DNA of 64,000 nt from an uncultured Planctomycetia bacterium (GTDB lineage Bacteria > Planctomycetota > Planctomycetia > CAXEIY01): the NCBI GenBank assembly GCA_963996245.1, contig CAXEIY010000248.1, positions 44,701 through 108,700 on the forward strand. The letters are read 5' to 3'. This document shows, in pieces, positions 18,001-29,300 of this stretch. A program made the position numbers and the translations under genes. Position 1 is the first letter of the stretch. Each line of letters opens with the position of its first letter. The notes beneath the pieces are model-generated. The model worked only from the letters and a program-made list of their open reading frames with translations. It did not search any database and was not told the DNA's origin.

Positions 18001-19458
18001 CAACGTCTCGATCTTCAGAAAAAACTAGCTACCACTTACCGTAAAGCGGGTTTTACATCGGCGGACCTTTTCGCAGAGATTGACGGACATAATCCTGTCA
18101 CTCCTCCAGCTCCCCTCTTTTCAAAGGATCATTCGAAGCAACTTACGAATAACTTACTTTCGGATCAACAACTGCCGTCTGAATTACTCCTACCCTTTTT
18201 CCGTGGATGGGATAAAGTTCTCTCCCCTGATACTCAAGTGCTGCTTCCGCAGGGAATTCGTCCCAGCTATAATCCTCAGTGGCTCTACCTTAGTGACCAC
18301 AAAAACCACACTCTCTCCTGTGTCAAAACGGACTCTGGCGAAACGGTTTGGACAACGACCGTCCACACCCGCATACAGGAAATCGCTTATGGAGCACATC
18401 GCCTGATCGTACATACCGACAAGAATCTACGCGCCATTAATAATTTGGACGGTTCTTTAATCTGGATTCGTCATTTACGCAAGTCCCGTCAACCTGATCA
18501 CTCCTCTCCTCCAGATTCTCCCAATAGCAGGCTCGTTCCCACGTTTCCTCCTGTACTGATCGATCAACGCCGTGCTTATTGTCACCATGGAGCGGATCTG
18601 ATTGCCATTGATCTATTTACTGGAAAAACACTATGGAACTACCTGGGGAACGGAACCGAACAGTTTTCCGGCCAAACGATGACCGGATTACTGATAGTAC
18701 TCGATGCCAAGGACAACGTAGCACTCGCTATCGATTCCATCGCTGGAACAGTCGCGCATCGTGTCCCCATCCCACACCCGATTACCAAGCATCCCCCGAA
18801 ATGGATATCTGAAAGTCAAATCGGAACCTTTACCGGTCAAAGAACTGTAGAGCTCTTTGATGTTCGTTCAAAGGAAAGACTGTGGCGATACCAAGGTGAT
18901 TTGTCCGGTCGTTGGCCTCAGTTGCTGGGAGACGGGAAACCTCTCTTACTGGCCATTTTCGGAGGCCGACAACTTGTCCGAATCCATTCTGAACAAGGCC
19001 ATGCCATCTGGGAAAAAACCCTCGGAAGCTGGATCGGAACCAATCGTTATCCGATCGAAGATCTCGTACTGATCGATCAAGATTATTTCTATTACAATAC
19101 CAACGGGGTCCTCCATGCCCTCCAACTATCGGATGGAAAGGAACTTTGGAAACAGTTCCTTGGAGGTTCACATGGAATCTGGCGTATCCAACAGGCGGGA
19201 GCCCACCTTATTACATATCCGCTAGAACTCAGAAAAAGTCCACGCTCCCCAAATCCCGGAATGAATGACCCTCCGGACTGGGCCGTCGTGGTATGTGACA
19301 AGAAAACCGGACAACGCGTACAGCAATGGCACTTTTCTGGAAGACAAGGCGTCGCTTCTCTCCTAATGGGCCCCCAACGAGCAGTGGTGATGACTCCTGG
19401 ACATCTCTGGAGTTTCCACCATCGTTCTTTATCACCGATTTCTCTGGCACCTCAATAA
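15046..19458 (+). CDS. large secreted protein with TPR-like segments and two blocks of PQQ-type beta-propeller repeats
   Basis: 1470 aa with a GTG start and a hydrophobic signal-like segment (LLCISIVTLQFLFVFAQTLPAQS). It has recurrent G-x-L/V-W-x PQQ-repeat signatures (ELWTSTL, GKLLWSISP, GTLDWVFTYD, GATVWRTDL, GKLSWHFPD; later GETVWTT, GSLIWIRH, GKTLWNYLG, ERLWRYQG, GHAIWEKTLG, GKELWKQFLG). A TPR-like middle section (RLGRAAEATNQWELALSSYHQTL) separates the two propeller blocks. Confidence 0.6.
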   Translation: MSVSLNFTEQPVVPLPSTHTLLFSRISGTSGFRDKSILDHPTRYPGLLCISIVTLQFLFVFAQTLPAQSQRITRELPATYLDIDSSVKVHFSRVDASLEGGHWEEAVDILQQICTRFGDQLIQVDTNHYVNVRTFCHLKISRLPPPFLKVYRNRVDPLAEEWFQQSIQQSSRQPLERILEEAFCSSWGDNALWLLGELCFEQGNPRKSENYWKQLKGLTSSDFDQKHGLVYPDTSFSPAALEARLILCLIATDRSQEALTRLNSFRSEFSHAEGFLAGTNGPFVDTLSALLKNTVKWLPEQTDNDWPTFAGNFQRNKALPFPIEIGALSGKIKLSNPIVSGTQNGGFRRVRSTLSEPQNKPLAWFPALSGEQLVINNRGTIQSFDLSTCQELWTSTLSEQKTKSTPTSRRRRSTNRWARFPSRPSSPSYTLTVHKGRIYTSTTPVVQPRNTNRFRTHQTVSSIECRDLRTEGKLLWSISPPESDLIFVGSPVIHENKLFIALRRNGPNAQILVACYDEPDRDLQWLRFVCQASDSGFRPHTRQTLLTYSSGHIFVSTNLGSVASINATNGTLDWVFTYDRSVVSKKGNFSSLADDTRDPTPCLIEQNMVIAAPSDTSFLFAIHAGTGATVWRTDLLSDVEHLLGVVQNQLIVSGRRLYSININTGKLSWHFPDSNDPSSRGHGRGIISNGLIYWPLREEIRVFHPVSGRQPLRLPLKIHGETGGHLMVADGFLVIVQSDEIVVFSHYGRLFERYQKDRNDSPGDPMRHYRLGRAAEATNQWELALSSYHQTLSLADDKTATESLPIATLARQRSFHLLTRKANEFSETDQLQQAAEFYRRAAEVVQEPQQKIHAFLKEADVRHQLQHYPEMLAIYQNILTTPRLSVVPIATDSNLAFPAHTIVSQKLTEVINQHGFDFYTPFEQLASELYRKAEHPKDMESVTRQYPCSQTTLIILKHLLEQNSEQPTEFLRIAQKLLSVTTNPKQRLDLQKKLATTYRKAGFTSADLFAEIDGHNPVTPPAPLFSKDHSKQLTNNLLSDQQLPSELLLPFFRGWDKVLSPDTQVLLPQGIRPSYNPQWLYLSDHKNHTLSCVKTDSGETVWTTTVHTRIQEIAYGAHRLIVHTDKNLRAINNLDGSLIWIRHLRKSRQPDHSSPPDSPNSRLVPTFPPVLIDQRRAYCHHGADLIAIDLFTGKTLWNYLGNGTEQFSGQTMTGLLIVLDAKDNVALAIDSIAGTVAHRVPIPHPITKHPPKWISESQIGTFTGQRTVELFDVRSKERLWRYQGDLSGRWPQLLGDGKPLLLAIFGGRQLVRIHSEQGHAIWEKTLGSWIGTNRYPIEDLVLIDQDYFYYNTNGVLHALQLSDGKELWKQFLGGSHGIWRIQQAGAHLITYPLELRKSPRSPNPGMNDPPDWAVVVCDKKTGQRVQQWHFSGRQGVASLLMGPQRAVVMTPGHLWSFHHRSLSPISLAPQ

Positions 19459-19491
19459 TACAACCTACTTTCCAAAGGAGTCTTCGTACTC

Positions 19492-20547
19492 GTGCACAGC
19501 ATAGAAGAACAAGACATGAAAGCTGTCGAACAGCTCAACACGGCATTTCAAAATATCCTCCAAGAACTCGAAAAAGTGATTGTCGGGCAAAAGCCGGTCA
19601 TAGAAGAAATTCTGATTTCCGTATTCGCACAGGGTCACAGCCTTTTAGTTGGGGTACCAGGACTCGCCAAAACACTCTTAATAAACACCCTTGCAGATGC
19701 CTTGTCACTTAGCTTCAACCGCATTCAGTTCACCCCTGACCTAATGCCCTCAGACATCACAGGTACAGATGTCATTCAGGAAAACAAGGAAACGGGAGAC
19801 CGGGAATTCAAATTCCTCAAAGGTCCCCTCTTTGCCAACGTACTTTTAGCTGACGAAATTAATCGCACTCCTCCCAAAACCCAGGCTGCTCTGCTTGAAG
19901 CGATGCAGGAACAACAGGTAACCATAGGGGGGAAAAGGCATCTTCTTGGTCATCCTTTCTTCGTACTAGCAACCCAGAATCCCATTGAACAGGAAGGTAC
20001 TTACCCTCTTCCAGAAGCCCAGCTCGACCGTTTTATGTTCAACATTCTCGTCGACTATCCAACTGAAGATGAAGAACTCCGTATTGTTCAACAAACAACG
20101 ACAGCCAATCGTCCACAAATTAAGGAAGTTCTAACGGGGCCTCAAATCATCGAACTCCAGGAAATTGTCAGAAAAATTCCGATCGCGGATCATGTCATCC
20201 GCTACGCCATGCAATTCACTCGTTTGACTCGCCAGGAAAAGGGCCCTGTACCAGATTTCGTTAAAGAATACGTAAGTTGGGGGGCTGGTCCCCGAGCTAG
20301 CCAATATCTTGTTCTTGGCGCTAAAGCCCACGCTGTTCTACACGGCAGGCATTTCGCAACAACGGAAGATATCCTTCGTGTAGCTGCTCCCGTTTTACGA
20401 CATCGCATTATCACCAATTTTAATGCAGAGGCCGAGGGGATCAAACCAGACGATATTGTTGTTCAACTTTCAGAAGTTATATCCAGAGACTTCGCGACAC
20501 AGCACCACACTCCTGAAACAGAGCCTCTGTCAAGAAATCGCCCCTGA
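19492..20547 (+). CDS. MoxR-family AAA+ ATPase
   Basis: Walker [12 protein letters not shown], Walker [24 protein letters not shown], and a sensor region. Its length and layout are typical of MoxR/RavA-like chaperones that partner with vWA proteins. Confidence 0.9.
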   Translation: MHSIEEQDMKAVEQLNTAFQNILQELEKVIVGQKPVIEEILISVFAQGHSLLVGVPGLAKTLLINTLADALSLSFNRIQFTPDLMPSDITGTDVIQENKETGDREFKFLKGPLFANVLLADEINRTPPKTQAALLEAMQEQQVTIGGKRHLLGHPFFVLATQNPIEQEGTYPLPEAQLDRFMFNILVDYPTEDEELRIVQQTTTANRPQIKEVLTGPQIIELQEIVRKIPIADHVIRYAMQFTRLTRQEKGPVPDFVKEYVSWGAGPRASQYLVLGAKAHAVLHGRHFATTEDILRVAAPVLRHRIITNFNAEAEGIKPDDIVVQLSEVISRDFATQHHTPETEPLSRNRP

Positions 20548-20674
20548 CAACCACGCTTACCCTGAATGCCATTGGGTAATAGAGAGGGTTCCCAATCAAA
20601 TCGTCACAGCTACATCCACTCCCTGCCGCACGCGCCTTTATAACTGACCTTTTCCTAATCTGAACGGCATCTCT

Positions 20675-21580
20675 GTGAACGCGGAAACTGATTCATCTTA
20701 CCTTGACCCCGAAGTACTATCCAGAATCAAAGGGCTCGACCTGCGAGCTCGGCTTATCGTTGAAGGATACGTCTCAGGAATGCATCGCAGTCCTTATCAC
20801 GGGGTTTCCGTCGAATTTGCCGAACACCGTGAATACGTTCCGGGAGATGACCTTCGCCATGTTGACTGGAAGGTGTGGGGACGCAGTGACAAGTATTACC
20901 TCAAACAGTATGAAGAGGAAACCAATCTACTCGTCCATATGGCTGTCGATACCAGCGAATCCATGAGATATCGATCCAAACACGTTTCCATGAGTAAGCT
21001 TCAATATGCTGAATGTGTAGCCGCTTCTCTGTCCTACCTTACACTGCAACAACAAGACAGTGTGGGATTGACTACGTTTGACGAAGAAATCCGAAAACAC
21101 GTTCGCGCCTCCAGTAATGCCTCTCATCTCAATCAACTAATCCATGCTCTGGAGCAATCGGTACCAGAACAAAAATCGACTATTGGTCCCATATTGCACA
21201 CTCTGGCTGAAAGGCTTGCTCACCGAGAACTGGTGATCATACTCAGTGACCTATTCGATAACCCTGCTTCTTTGATTTCGGGAATGCAGCACCTTCGACA
21301 TCGCAAACATGATGTCATTGTATTCCATGTACTGGATCCTGCAGAAATAGAATTTCCCTTTCAGGAACATACACTCTTTCGAGGAATGGAAGGCCATCCT
21401 GACCTGCTTGCTAATCCGGCAACACTGCGAGCAGCTTACCAAACGGAACTCGATCAGTTTCTAAAGGAGGTTAGGAAGGGTTGCCAGTTGAATAAGATCG
21501 ATTATGTCCTTCTGAGAACGGACCAGCCTCTTGACATTGCCCTCACCGGATATTTGACCAGACGACAATTACAAAAATAG
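20675..21580 (+). CDS. DUF58-family protein (vWA-like, MoxR partner)
   Basis: Contains GYVSGMHRSPYHGVSVEFAEHREYVPGDDLRHVDWKVWGRSDKYYLKQYEEE, a DUF58 hallmark. It lies directly downstream of the MoxR ATPase. Confidence 0.85.
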   Translation: MNAETDSSYLDPEVLSRIKGLDLRARLIVEGYVSGMHRSPYHGVSVEFAEHREYVPGDDLRHVDWKVWGRSDKYYLKQYEEETNLLVHMAVDTSESMRYRSKHVSMSKLQYAECVAASLSYLTLQQQDSVGLTTFDEEIRKHVRASSNASHLNQLIHALEQSVPEQKSTIGPILHTLAERLAHRELVIILSDLFDNPASLISGMQHLRHRKHDVIVFHVLDPAEIEFPFQEHTLFRGMEGHPDLLANPATLRAAYQTELDQFLKEVRKGCQLNKIDYVLLRTDQPLDIALTGYLTRRQLQK

Positions 21581-21598
21581 TTATCTCGAGTCACGTCA

Positions 21599-23836
21599 AT
21601 GATCATCAATCTGTTTCTTGCCATTGGATTTGCTGACCCATTTTTCCCATCCCTGGGTCCCTGGTTGGGCACCGCCCTGCTTGGTACTTGCCTTGCAGCG
21701 ATTCCCGTACTCATCCATCTACTGAACAAATCCCGATTCATTCAGCTGGAATGGGCAGCCATGACTTTTCTCATGGCTGCTGTTCGCAAAAATGCACGTC
21801 GGGTACGTCTCCAGCAACTAATTCTTCTTATCATTCGAGTCCTGCTCATCCTTCTGGTAATCAACGCGTTGGCTCAGCCCTACCGCGAACACGAAGGATT
21901 TACTTTTCAGAATAACACACGGAACCACAAGATTATCGTTATTGATTCTTCCCTCAGCATGGGCTTTCAGAGCAACCAAGAAAGCTCTTTTGAACAGGCC
22001 AGAAATCTTGCCATCCGAATACTCAAAGAATCCAACAAAGGAGATCCTGTCAGCATTCTCACCATGGGCTCTCCAGCACGACTGGTGAATGGACCTTCTT
22101 ATGATCACTCGATGGTCCACAATCAACTCAAGATATTGAAAAACAGCTATGAAACCGCCGATCTGGTTTCCACGTTGTCACAAATTGAAGTCACCCTCAA
22201 ACTCCTCGGAGACCAACCGCTTCTGAACGAAGTCTATTTGATAAGCGATCTGCAAAAATCAAACTGGTTGTACGAAAACAGATCACCCAATTATGACAAA
22301 GAGGTCGGCCAACTCGCAGGTCGTATCGATGACCAGGCAGCCATCATTGTGCTCGATGTAGGACAAACAGAAAACGAGAATCTAGGTGTCATCGCCGTAT
22401 CGTCAGACAATCCTCTGGTGACACCTGACACGCCAACCACTCTAACAGGAACCATTGGCAACTTCAGTCGTAAGGTACAGAACCCGTTAGTCGAACTCTG
22501 GGTCAACCAACAGATGACAGCCCGTCAAACTGTTTCGATTGCACCCTATGAAATGGCTAATGTCCGTTTTCATCCCACCTTCCCACGTGAGGGAAACCAC
22601 TCCGTACAAATTCGCATTCCCGTTGATCAACTACCTGCTGACAACCAGAGGTGGATGGCGGTACCGGTTGAGTCACAATTTGAAATTCTTTGTGTGAATG
22701 GAAAGTCCGCCGGACGTTTTTTTCAACGAGCCACATCCTATCTGCAAACCGCACTTGCCCCTCAACCAGCTTCTGCCTTTTCTTCTACTCCCATCCGTCC
22801 GATTATTGTTCCAGAATCCAGATGGGATGAAGCGATCCAAAATTATTCGTGTATTTTCTTCTGCAATGTCGGTCAGTTTACAGAAAATGAATTCGCCCTC
22901 CTGAAACAACATCTTCAAGAAGGAGGAGCGATCATCTGGTTCCTTGGTGATCAGGTAATAAGCGAAAACTACAATCGCATCCTTTACCGTGGTGGCGATG
23001 GTGTTTTCCCTGTTGAACTGGGCAATCGTGTCGGTGACGCAGATGCCATGAACCAAATATTTTTATTTGATCCCAAGGAATATGAACATGACATTATTAA
23101 ACCTTTTCAATCTGAACCCCGCTCAGGACTCGTAACCGCTGGTGTTTATTCCTATATAAAAAGTACTTTACCGCCTAATCAGAAGTCACAACTTGTCTTA
23201 TCTTACAATAACGGCGATCCGGCAATCATCGAACAATCGATTGGCAAAGGCAGAAGCATTGTCGTCACTACCGCTGCTGACAGCACTTGGTCAAACTGGC
23301 CCCAATCAAATCCCAGTTATGTGCCTCTCATTCATCAGCTACTTCACTATTCCATTGAAGACCGTCTTCAAAAACAAACAACACAAGTGGGGAACCCTAT
23401 CCGGCTCCTGTTACCAGATCCCCGCACCCGCCAAGTCGACATTCTAACTCCCACTGGGATATCCGAATCGATTGACCTGTCAACACCTGGTGTTCTTTTC
23501 TATCCAGCACCCTCTCTTCAAACTACAGTCTCTCCTGGAATCTATCGCGTACAAGATGCCGTCTCCAACACCAGTTCATCACCCTCCATCGCATTTGCTG
23601 TCAACCATCCCGAACGCGAAAGTGATCTCACTAAATTAACTCACCAAGAACTAGTGGCTCAGGTTTGGCCGGGTATTGATTTTGTCTATCTCACCGACTG
23701 GATGGACAACGATACAAACCAGAAGGTAAATATCCGTCACCGAGGAATGCTCCACGAATTACTGATTTACATTGTATTGGCACTGATAATGGCAGAGTCT
23801 TTTCTTGCATGGCGATTCGGCCCCTCCTACAGATAA
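21599..23836 (+). CDS. BatA-like protein: aerotolerance-regulator N-terminal TM domain plus vWA domain
   Basis: BatA_N-like N-terminus (LLGTCLAAIPVLIHLLNKSRFIQLEWAAMTFL). vWA MIDAS motif HKIIVIDSSLSMG (DxSxS). A C-terminal TM (LLIYIVLALIMAESFL) and a GATase1/ThuA-like stretch (GGAIIWFLGD). Confidence 0.8.
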   Translation: MIINLFLAIGFADPFFPSLGPWLGTALLGTCLAAIPVLIHLLNKSRFIQLEWAAMTFLMAAVRKNARRVRLQQLILLIIRVLLILLVINALAQPYREHEGFTFQNNTRNHKIIVIDSSLSMGFQSNQESSFEQARNLAIRILKESNKGDPVSILTMGSPARLVNGPSYDHSMVHNQLKILKNSYETADLVSTLSQIEVTLKLLGDQPLLNEVYLISDLQKSNWLYENRSPNYDKEVGQLAGRIDDQAAIIVLDVGQTENENLGVIAVSSDNPLVTPDTPTTLTGTIGNFSRKVQNPLVELWVNQQMTARQTVSIAPYEMANVRFHPTFPREGNHSVQIRIPVDQLPADNQRWMAVPVESQFEILCVNGKSAGRFFQRATSYLQTALAPQPASAFSSTPIRPIIVPESRWDEAIQNYSCIFFCNVGQFTENEFALLKQHLQEGGAIIWFLGDQVISENYNRILYRGGDGVFPVELGNRVGDADAMNQIFLFDPKEYEHDIIKPFQSEPRSGLVTAGVYSYIKSTLPPNQKSQLVLSYNNGDPAIIEQSIGKGRSIVVTTAADSTWSNWPQSNPSYVPLIHQLLHYSIEDRLQKQTTQVGNPIRLLLPDPRTRQVDILTPTGISESIDLSTPGVLFYPAPSLQTTVSPGIYRVQDAVSNTSSSPSIAFAVNHPERESDLTKLTHQELVAQVWPGIDFVYLTDWMDNDTNQKVNIRHRGMLHELLIYIVLALIMAESFLAWRFGPSYR

Positions 23837-23908
23837 TATAACCCACTTACTTTTCCATTTGACGAAAGACACAACGACTTCCCGTCACTACTTTGGAACG
23901 GTTCTGTA

Positions 23909-26302
23909 ATGGATTTTCTTCACAAAATAATTGAACCATGGTTAGGTGTGGAACCCGAGAAGTCGGGTGAACATATCAGCTGGACTATCGAGCACAGTTT
24001 CCCCTGGCCTCCGTGGATCGTGTTACTTTTCCTCTTAGCCACACTCTTTGTAATTGTTTTCTTCTACCGTAAAGAACCCACCAGCATCCCCACTCTTTGG
24101 AAGTGTCTTCTTGCAGGACTTCGCTTTTCATTAATTCTCGTTGTGCTGCTTATGTTAAGCCAATTACAGTTGAACATTGATCGCTCGAAACCTGCCCCCA
24201 TGGCAGTTCTTTGGGACCACTCCGGCAGTATGGCTATCGTCGAACAGCAATACCCGAAAGATTACCATGAACCGCTCCGAAAACTTTTAGGAGATACCCC
24301 TCCGGACACTCATTCCCGCTGGGAAATCGCCAAGCAGTGGCTTTTACAAGATAACGGATCCTTTATCAAATCACTGGTTACAGATACCCCCTTGCAACTT
24401 TATCTGGTTGCCAGTAGTGCGCAGCTGATCCATGATTTTCTGGATGAAACGAGTATCGAAGAATCTCTGGACACATTACACAAACTAAAACCACTGGACC
24501 GTCAAAGTAACAGTCGACTCGGCGACTCTCTAAGACAGGTCTTGAACGATTTTCGTGAAAATCCTCCAGCCGGAGTCCTGTTTCTGACGGATGGAATTAA
24601 TACCGATGGAGAATCACTCCAGAAAGCAGCCGAGTATGCCAAACAACTGCAAGTACCTATCTATCCACTAGCAATAGGAAATCCTAATCCTTTACTGGAT
24701 ATTCAACTTCGTAATATCCTTGCTGACGAGATTGTCTTCGAAGGAGATTTAATCACCTTTGAAGCAACTGTCACCGCCCAGGGCCTAGAAGGACACGAAA
24801 TGGAAGTCGTGCTGTACAAGGCCTCTTCTGAGATCCCTCTCAACAAACAATCCCTTGTTCTTGGCCCGGACTACTCCCCTCTCCCAATACGGATAAGCCA
24901 TCCCGCTGATACTCCGGGAGACCACACTTTCGAACTCCGGATTACTCCCCATGATCAGGAATTGCGGACCGACAACAACGTACTCCGTAAACGAATCTCC
25001 ATTCGTTCAGAAAAACTGAAAGTTCTGCTAACAGAAAACTCACCTCGTTATGAATTTAGATACCTGAAACACTTACTTGAACGGGATTCTTCCATCGCCT
25101 TGAATACGGTTTTGCAACAGGCAGATCCAGACTATATCGAGGAGGATCGAAGTGCGATCCCGTTATTCCCTTCAAATCGTGAGCAACTATTTGAATACGA
25201 CGTGCTTGTCTTCGGAGACCTGGATCCCTCTTTTCTGACTCCACGGGTCCTCCAAAATATCGCAGACTTTGTACAGGAAAAAGGAGGAGGACTCCTTGTC
25301 ATAGCAGGACCACACCATACTCCATCCGCCTACCGAGGAACCCCTTTGGAATCGATTCTTCCCATTGATCTGAATCAGGTCACATTGACAGATTCCAATT
25401 CTATTCCCGAGAGTTACAAACCGCTATTAACAACAGAAGGACGTTTCAGCAACCTTTTCCATTTCGGGAACAGTGGTACAGACAGTAAGCAGATATGGGA
25501 CGCACTACCTGACTTTTTTTGGCTTCTCGAAACGCCGGATCTCAAACCCGGGGCCGTTCCCCTCGTCGTTCATCCTTCCAAGATGGGCAGCCAAGGTCCA
25601 CTTCCCGTTATGGTATGGCAGTTTGCTGGAACCGGCAAAGTTCTCTTTCACGCAACTGACGATATCTGGCGTTGGCGTTTTCGATCTGGTGACGCCTATC
25701 TTAACCACTTCTGGATTCAAGCCATTCGTTTCCTGAGTCGGTCAAAGTTGGTAGGCCGGGATATCAAGGCAGAACTCACAACGTTCCCTATGAGTACATC
25801 CTGGGATGCTCCGTTACACATTCGTGTGCGTTTTTTTGATGAAACCCAGATTCCTCAAACCGATGATCAAGTGGAAGTCTCTGTCAATCGTGACGGGGCC
25901 CCTATGCCTTCACTCCAACTGAAGCAATCTCCAAACAATCGCAATGTTTTCGAAGGACTTGTAACGGACCCGGGGGAAGGACACTACCGCGTTAAGCTCA
26001 CGTCTCCGATTCTTTCCGGGCCTGTACCAACAGATGATTTCGATGTTATTGCACCCCCTGGAGAGATGGAGAACATTCAGACCAACTTACCTCTATTGGA
26101 AAGTATTGCAAAACAAACTGGGGGAAAATTTTTTACGCTACTAAATGCCAGTCAGATTCCGAAACATATTCCTGTTGGGCAACGCATATCTCTTGAAACA
26201 GACCAACCCATCCCCTTGTGGAACCGCTGGCCTGTGCTGTTGCTATTTCTCTCACTACTGATCTGTGAATGGCTTTTGAGAAAGTACAAACGACTGTTAT
26301 AA
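23909..26302 (+). CDS. vWA-domain membrane protein, paralogous in layout to the upstream BatA-like gene
   Basis: N-terminal TM helices and a MIDAS-like motif MAVLWDHSGSM (DxSxS). A ThuA/GATase-like segment (VLVFGDLDPSFLTPRVLQNIADFVQEKGGGLLVIAGP). A C-terminal TM (PVLLLFLSLLICEWLL). Confidence 0.65.
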   Translation: MDFLHKIIEPWLGVEPEKSGEHISWTIEHSFPWPPWIVLLFLLATLFVIVFFYRKEPTSIPTLWKCLLAGLRFSLILVVLLMLSQLQLNIDRSKPAPMAVLWDHSGSMAIVEQQYPKDYHEPLRKLLGDTPPDTHSRWEIAKQWLLQDNGSFIKSLVTDTPLQLYLVASSAQLIHDFLDETSIEESLDTLHKLKPLDRQSNSRLGDSLRQVLNDFRENPPAGVLFLTDGINTDGESLQKAAEYAKQLQVPIYPLAIGNPNPLLDIQLRNILADEIVFEGDLITFEATVTAQGLEGHEMEVVLYKASSEIPLNKQSLVLGPDYSPLPIRISHPADTPGDHTFELRITPHDQELRTDNNVLRKRISIRSEKLKVLLTENSPRYEFRYLKHLLERDSSIALNTVLQQADPDYIEEDRSAIPLFPSNREQLFEYDVLVFGDLDPSFLTPRVLQNIADFVQEKGGGLLVIAGPHHTPSAYRGTPLESILPIDLNQVTLTDSNSIPESYKPLLTTEGRFSNLFHFGNSGTDSKQIWDALPDFFWLLETPDLKPGAVPLVVHPSKMGSQGPLPVMVWQFAGTGKVLFHATDDIWRWRFRSGDAYLNHFWIQAIRFLSRSKLVGRDIKAELTTFPMSTSWDAPLHIRVRFFDETQIPQTDDQVEVSVNRDGAPMPSLQLKQSPNNRNVFEGLVTDPGEGHYRVKLTSPILSGPVPTDDFDVIAPPGEMENIQTNLPLLESIAKQTGGKFFTLLNASQIPKHIPVGQRISLETDQPIPLWNRWPVLLLFLSLLICEWLLRKYKRLL

Positions 26303-26351
26303 ATGAAGTGTAGGAAGTGCTGAAACTTCGGACAGGTACCAGAAGGATGGA

Positions 26352-29300
26352 TTGTATATTACCTGTAGCAAAAGATTTCAGATTGACAGCAGGATTTCGA
26401 GAAAAATGGCCCACCTTTTACAAGAACAAGTTCGTGCTGTCGGACATCGTATCCGTCGGTTGTTGTTTCTGTACGGTGCCTGTTATACCTTTTGTTTTGC
26501 GGTAACACTGCTTCTCGTTATTGGCTTTATTGACTGGGGACTTCACCACCTGCAATTCACTTTCATTGACGATCGTGGCATTCGGATTCTCGTTACCCTG
26601 TTTATTGCCTTGTCTTCCAGTTGGTGTTTCTGGAAATTCGTGGTACGTCCACAATGTATACGTCTCAGCGATATTCATCTGGCACGCTGGGTTGAAACCC
26701 GATATCCACAACTTAGGGACAGTCTGACAAGTGCAATCCATTTTCTGGAAAACGAGGAACGTAATCTTCTCTTCGGTTCTGATTCACTCCGACAAGCCGT
26801 CATTTCAAAGACTACCCATCAACTGGAAAATCTGAATCTCAAAGATGTGCTCGAGACTTTTCAGATCAAGAGAGCTGTGGTGGGAGCCCTCACGGCCATT
26901 TCCGTCAGCGTTGCCATCGCATACTTAAGCCCGATTTATGCCAGTCGCGCTCTGGCCAGAATCACCAACCCATTCTCAACAACTCCCTGGCCAAAGCAGA
27001 CTGAACTAAAGTTGCTGAAAGTCTCTCGACGGGTCGTTAAAGGCGATCCTTTTCATATGGAAGTCCAAGTTAAGCGTGGACTCGTGCCACGACAGTCCTT
27101 CATCGATTACCAACTGCCGGGCCCGACCTCCACCATCACCACAGCCCCCCTGATGCGCAATGGTTCCATTCTGAAAGCAACTCGGAAATCACCACAGTCC
27201 TCGTTCGACGTTCGCATCCGTGCAGGTGATGACTTAATCGACTGGCAGAATATCACCGTTATTGATCCCCCTCGGCTGGAAACCTTACAAGCTCAATTAT
27301 TTTATCCTCCGTACACACGCAAGGAACCGGAAACCTTGGCGGTGAACCGAGGCAATATCAATGCACTTCCGGGAACACGTGTCCTAGTACACGGATCTTC
27401 TAACAAACCGCTCCGTTCTGCGGCACTCACGGTTAATGGGCATACCACCCCGATCGTGCCAAATAAAAAGTCCCGTTCTGTGGCAACGGAGTTCACAGTC
27501 AACAACAATGGTAGCTACAGCCTCAGTCTTACTGATCGAGAGCCTGAAGCCTTCAACAATCATCGAAGTAGGGTCGAATACGAAATCCAAACAATTCCAG
27601 ATCTCATGCCGGAAGTTACTTTTGAAGAGCCGACTTCTCACCAGCAGGTCACTGCTCACGCTCGCGTTCCATTACGAATCATGACTCGTGACGACTGGGG
27701 AATTGCTACCATCACTCTGCGATATCAACAAGAAGACACCGCCACTGACATTCCGTCAAGTATTCTTCTTTACGATCAGGCAGATCGTCCCTTACAAATG
27801 TCCACGGACTTTATCTGGCACCTGGATCAACTTCCGCTAAACCCCGGTTCGACGCTTAACATACATGCTGAAGCAACGGACTACGATGACATCAATGGCC
27901 CCCATACAGGAAAAAGTGAGTTACTCCGGTTGGAGATTGTTTCTGAACAGGCCATTCTGGATCAAGTTTCAGATCGACAGACTTCTCTGAAACACGACCT
28001 TCAGCGACTCTTGCAAATGCAGGAACTAGCACAGGGTCAGATCCGCGATCTGCAACGTCAAATCACTTTTGCCACGCGGCTTACCGCTCCCGACATTGAT
28101 ACGCTTGAGTCAGCTGAAACAGCTCAGCAACATGTATCACGCGGACTGACAAACCACTCCGATGGAGCCCTGGGAAGAATCCAACAATTATCTGATCAAC
28201 TCAAGATCAACCGGATTAATGATCCCGAAACACAAACACGTCTTGAAACGATGTCCAACTTAATTCGTCAGTTACAGGAAACTTCTCTGCCAACAATAGA
28301 GCAGGAGCTAGTGCGAGCACGAAAAGCTTCCATCAACGAACTTTCCAATCCATCCTCTGTAACGCCAACACCCCCAATAGACAACCGTGAACAATCCGAT
28401 TCAAACCCATCTCTGAAACTGCCACAAAATTCACTCCCCTCCGAATCCAGAACACCCACCCTCCAAACCCGATCAACCGTGGCCCCACCCTCACCGAGCA
28501 TCAAGGCATCTTCTTATTCCCAAACAACACAAACGGCCCTCGGCCGGGCAGAAACACATCAACAAGAAGTCATTGCATCCATTGAAACCATGCTTGGAGA
28601 CGTATCGGCGTGGGCTGACAAAAGAGAATTACTCCGTGATATAGACGAGCTCATTGGCAGTCAAAAAAAGTTGCTACAGGAAACTGCCTCATTGACTCAG
28701 CAAGCCTCCGAATCCTTTGAAAAGGGCTCGCAGCAAGAAGCGACGCTTCAACGCCTTGCTGGTCGGCAGATGGAGCTTTCCTCACGCACACAGCGATCAC
28801 TGCGAAAACTTGAAATTCCACCATCATCGACTGCTGACAGCAAAGCGATTGCTCCTGATGCCTTCAAAGAAGCGGCTGATTTTGCCCGCAATAAAGCCCT
28901 TACCGAAACCATGCATCAAGCAGCAGAGCATCTGAGCAATCAACGTATGGGGCAGGCTCTACAAACCGAACAGGAAAGTCTCACTCACCTCGAAGCACTC
29001 AAAGAAGTGCTGAATGATGACAGGGACAAACAATTGTCCCGACTGGCAAAACAGCTTCGTGAAGCAGAGCAACAACTGGAAGGTATCCGTACACAGCAAA
29101 AACTACAACGCGACAAAACACAGCAGACCACTACAATCGGTGAATCCAAAGAGCATAAAAACGCACTGGAATCACTTCGTAAATCACAACAGAATATTCA
29201 GAAGAGTACCAGACAACTAAGCGCAGAGTTACAGCAAATAGACGCGTTTCAAGCTGGGCAATCAACGCAACAGGCTGCCGCCCAGATGACCGAAGCGGAT

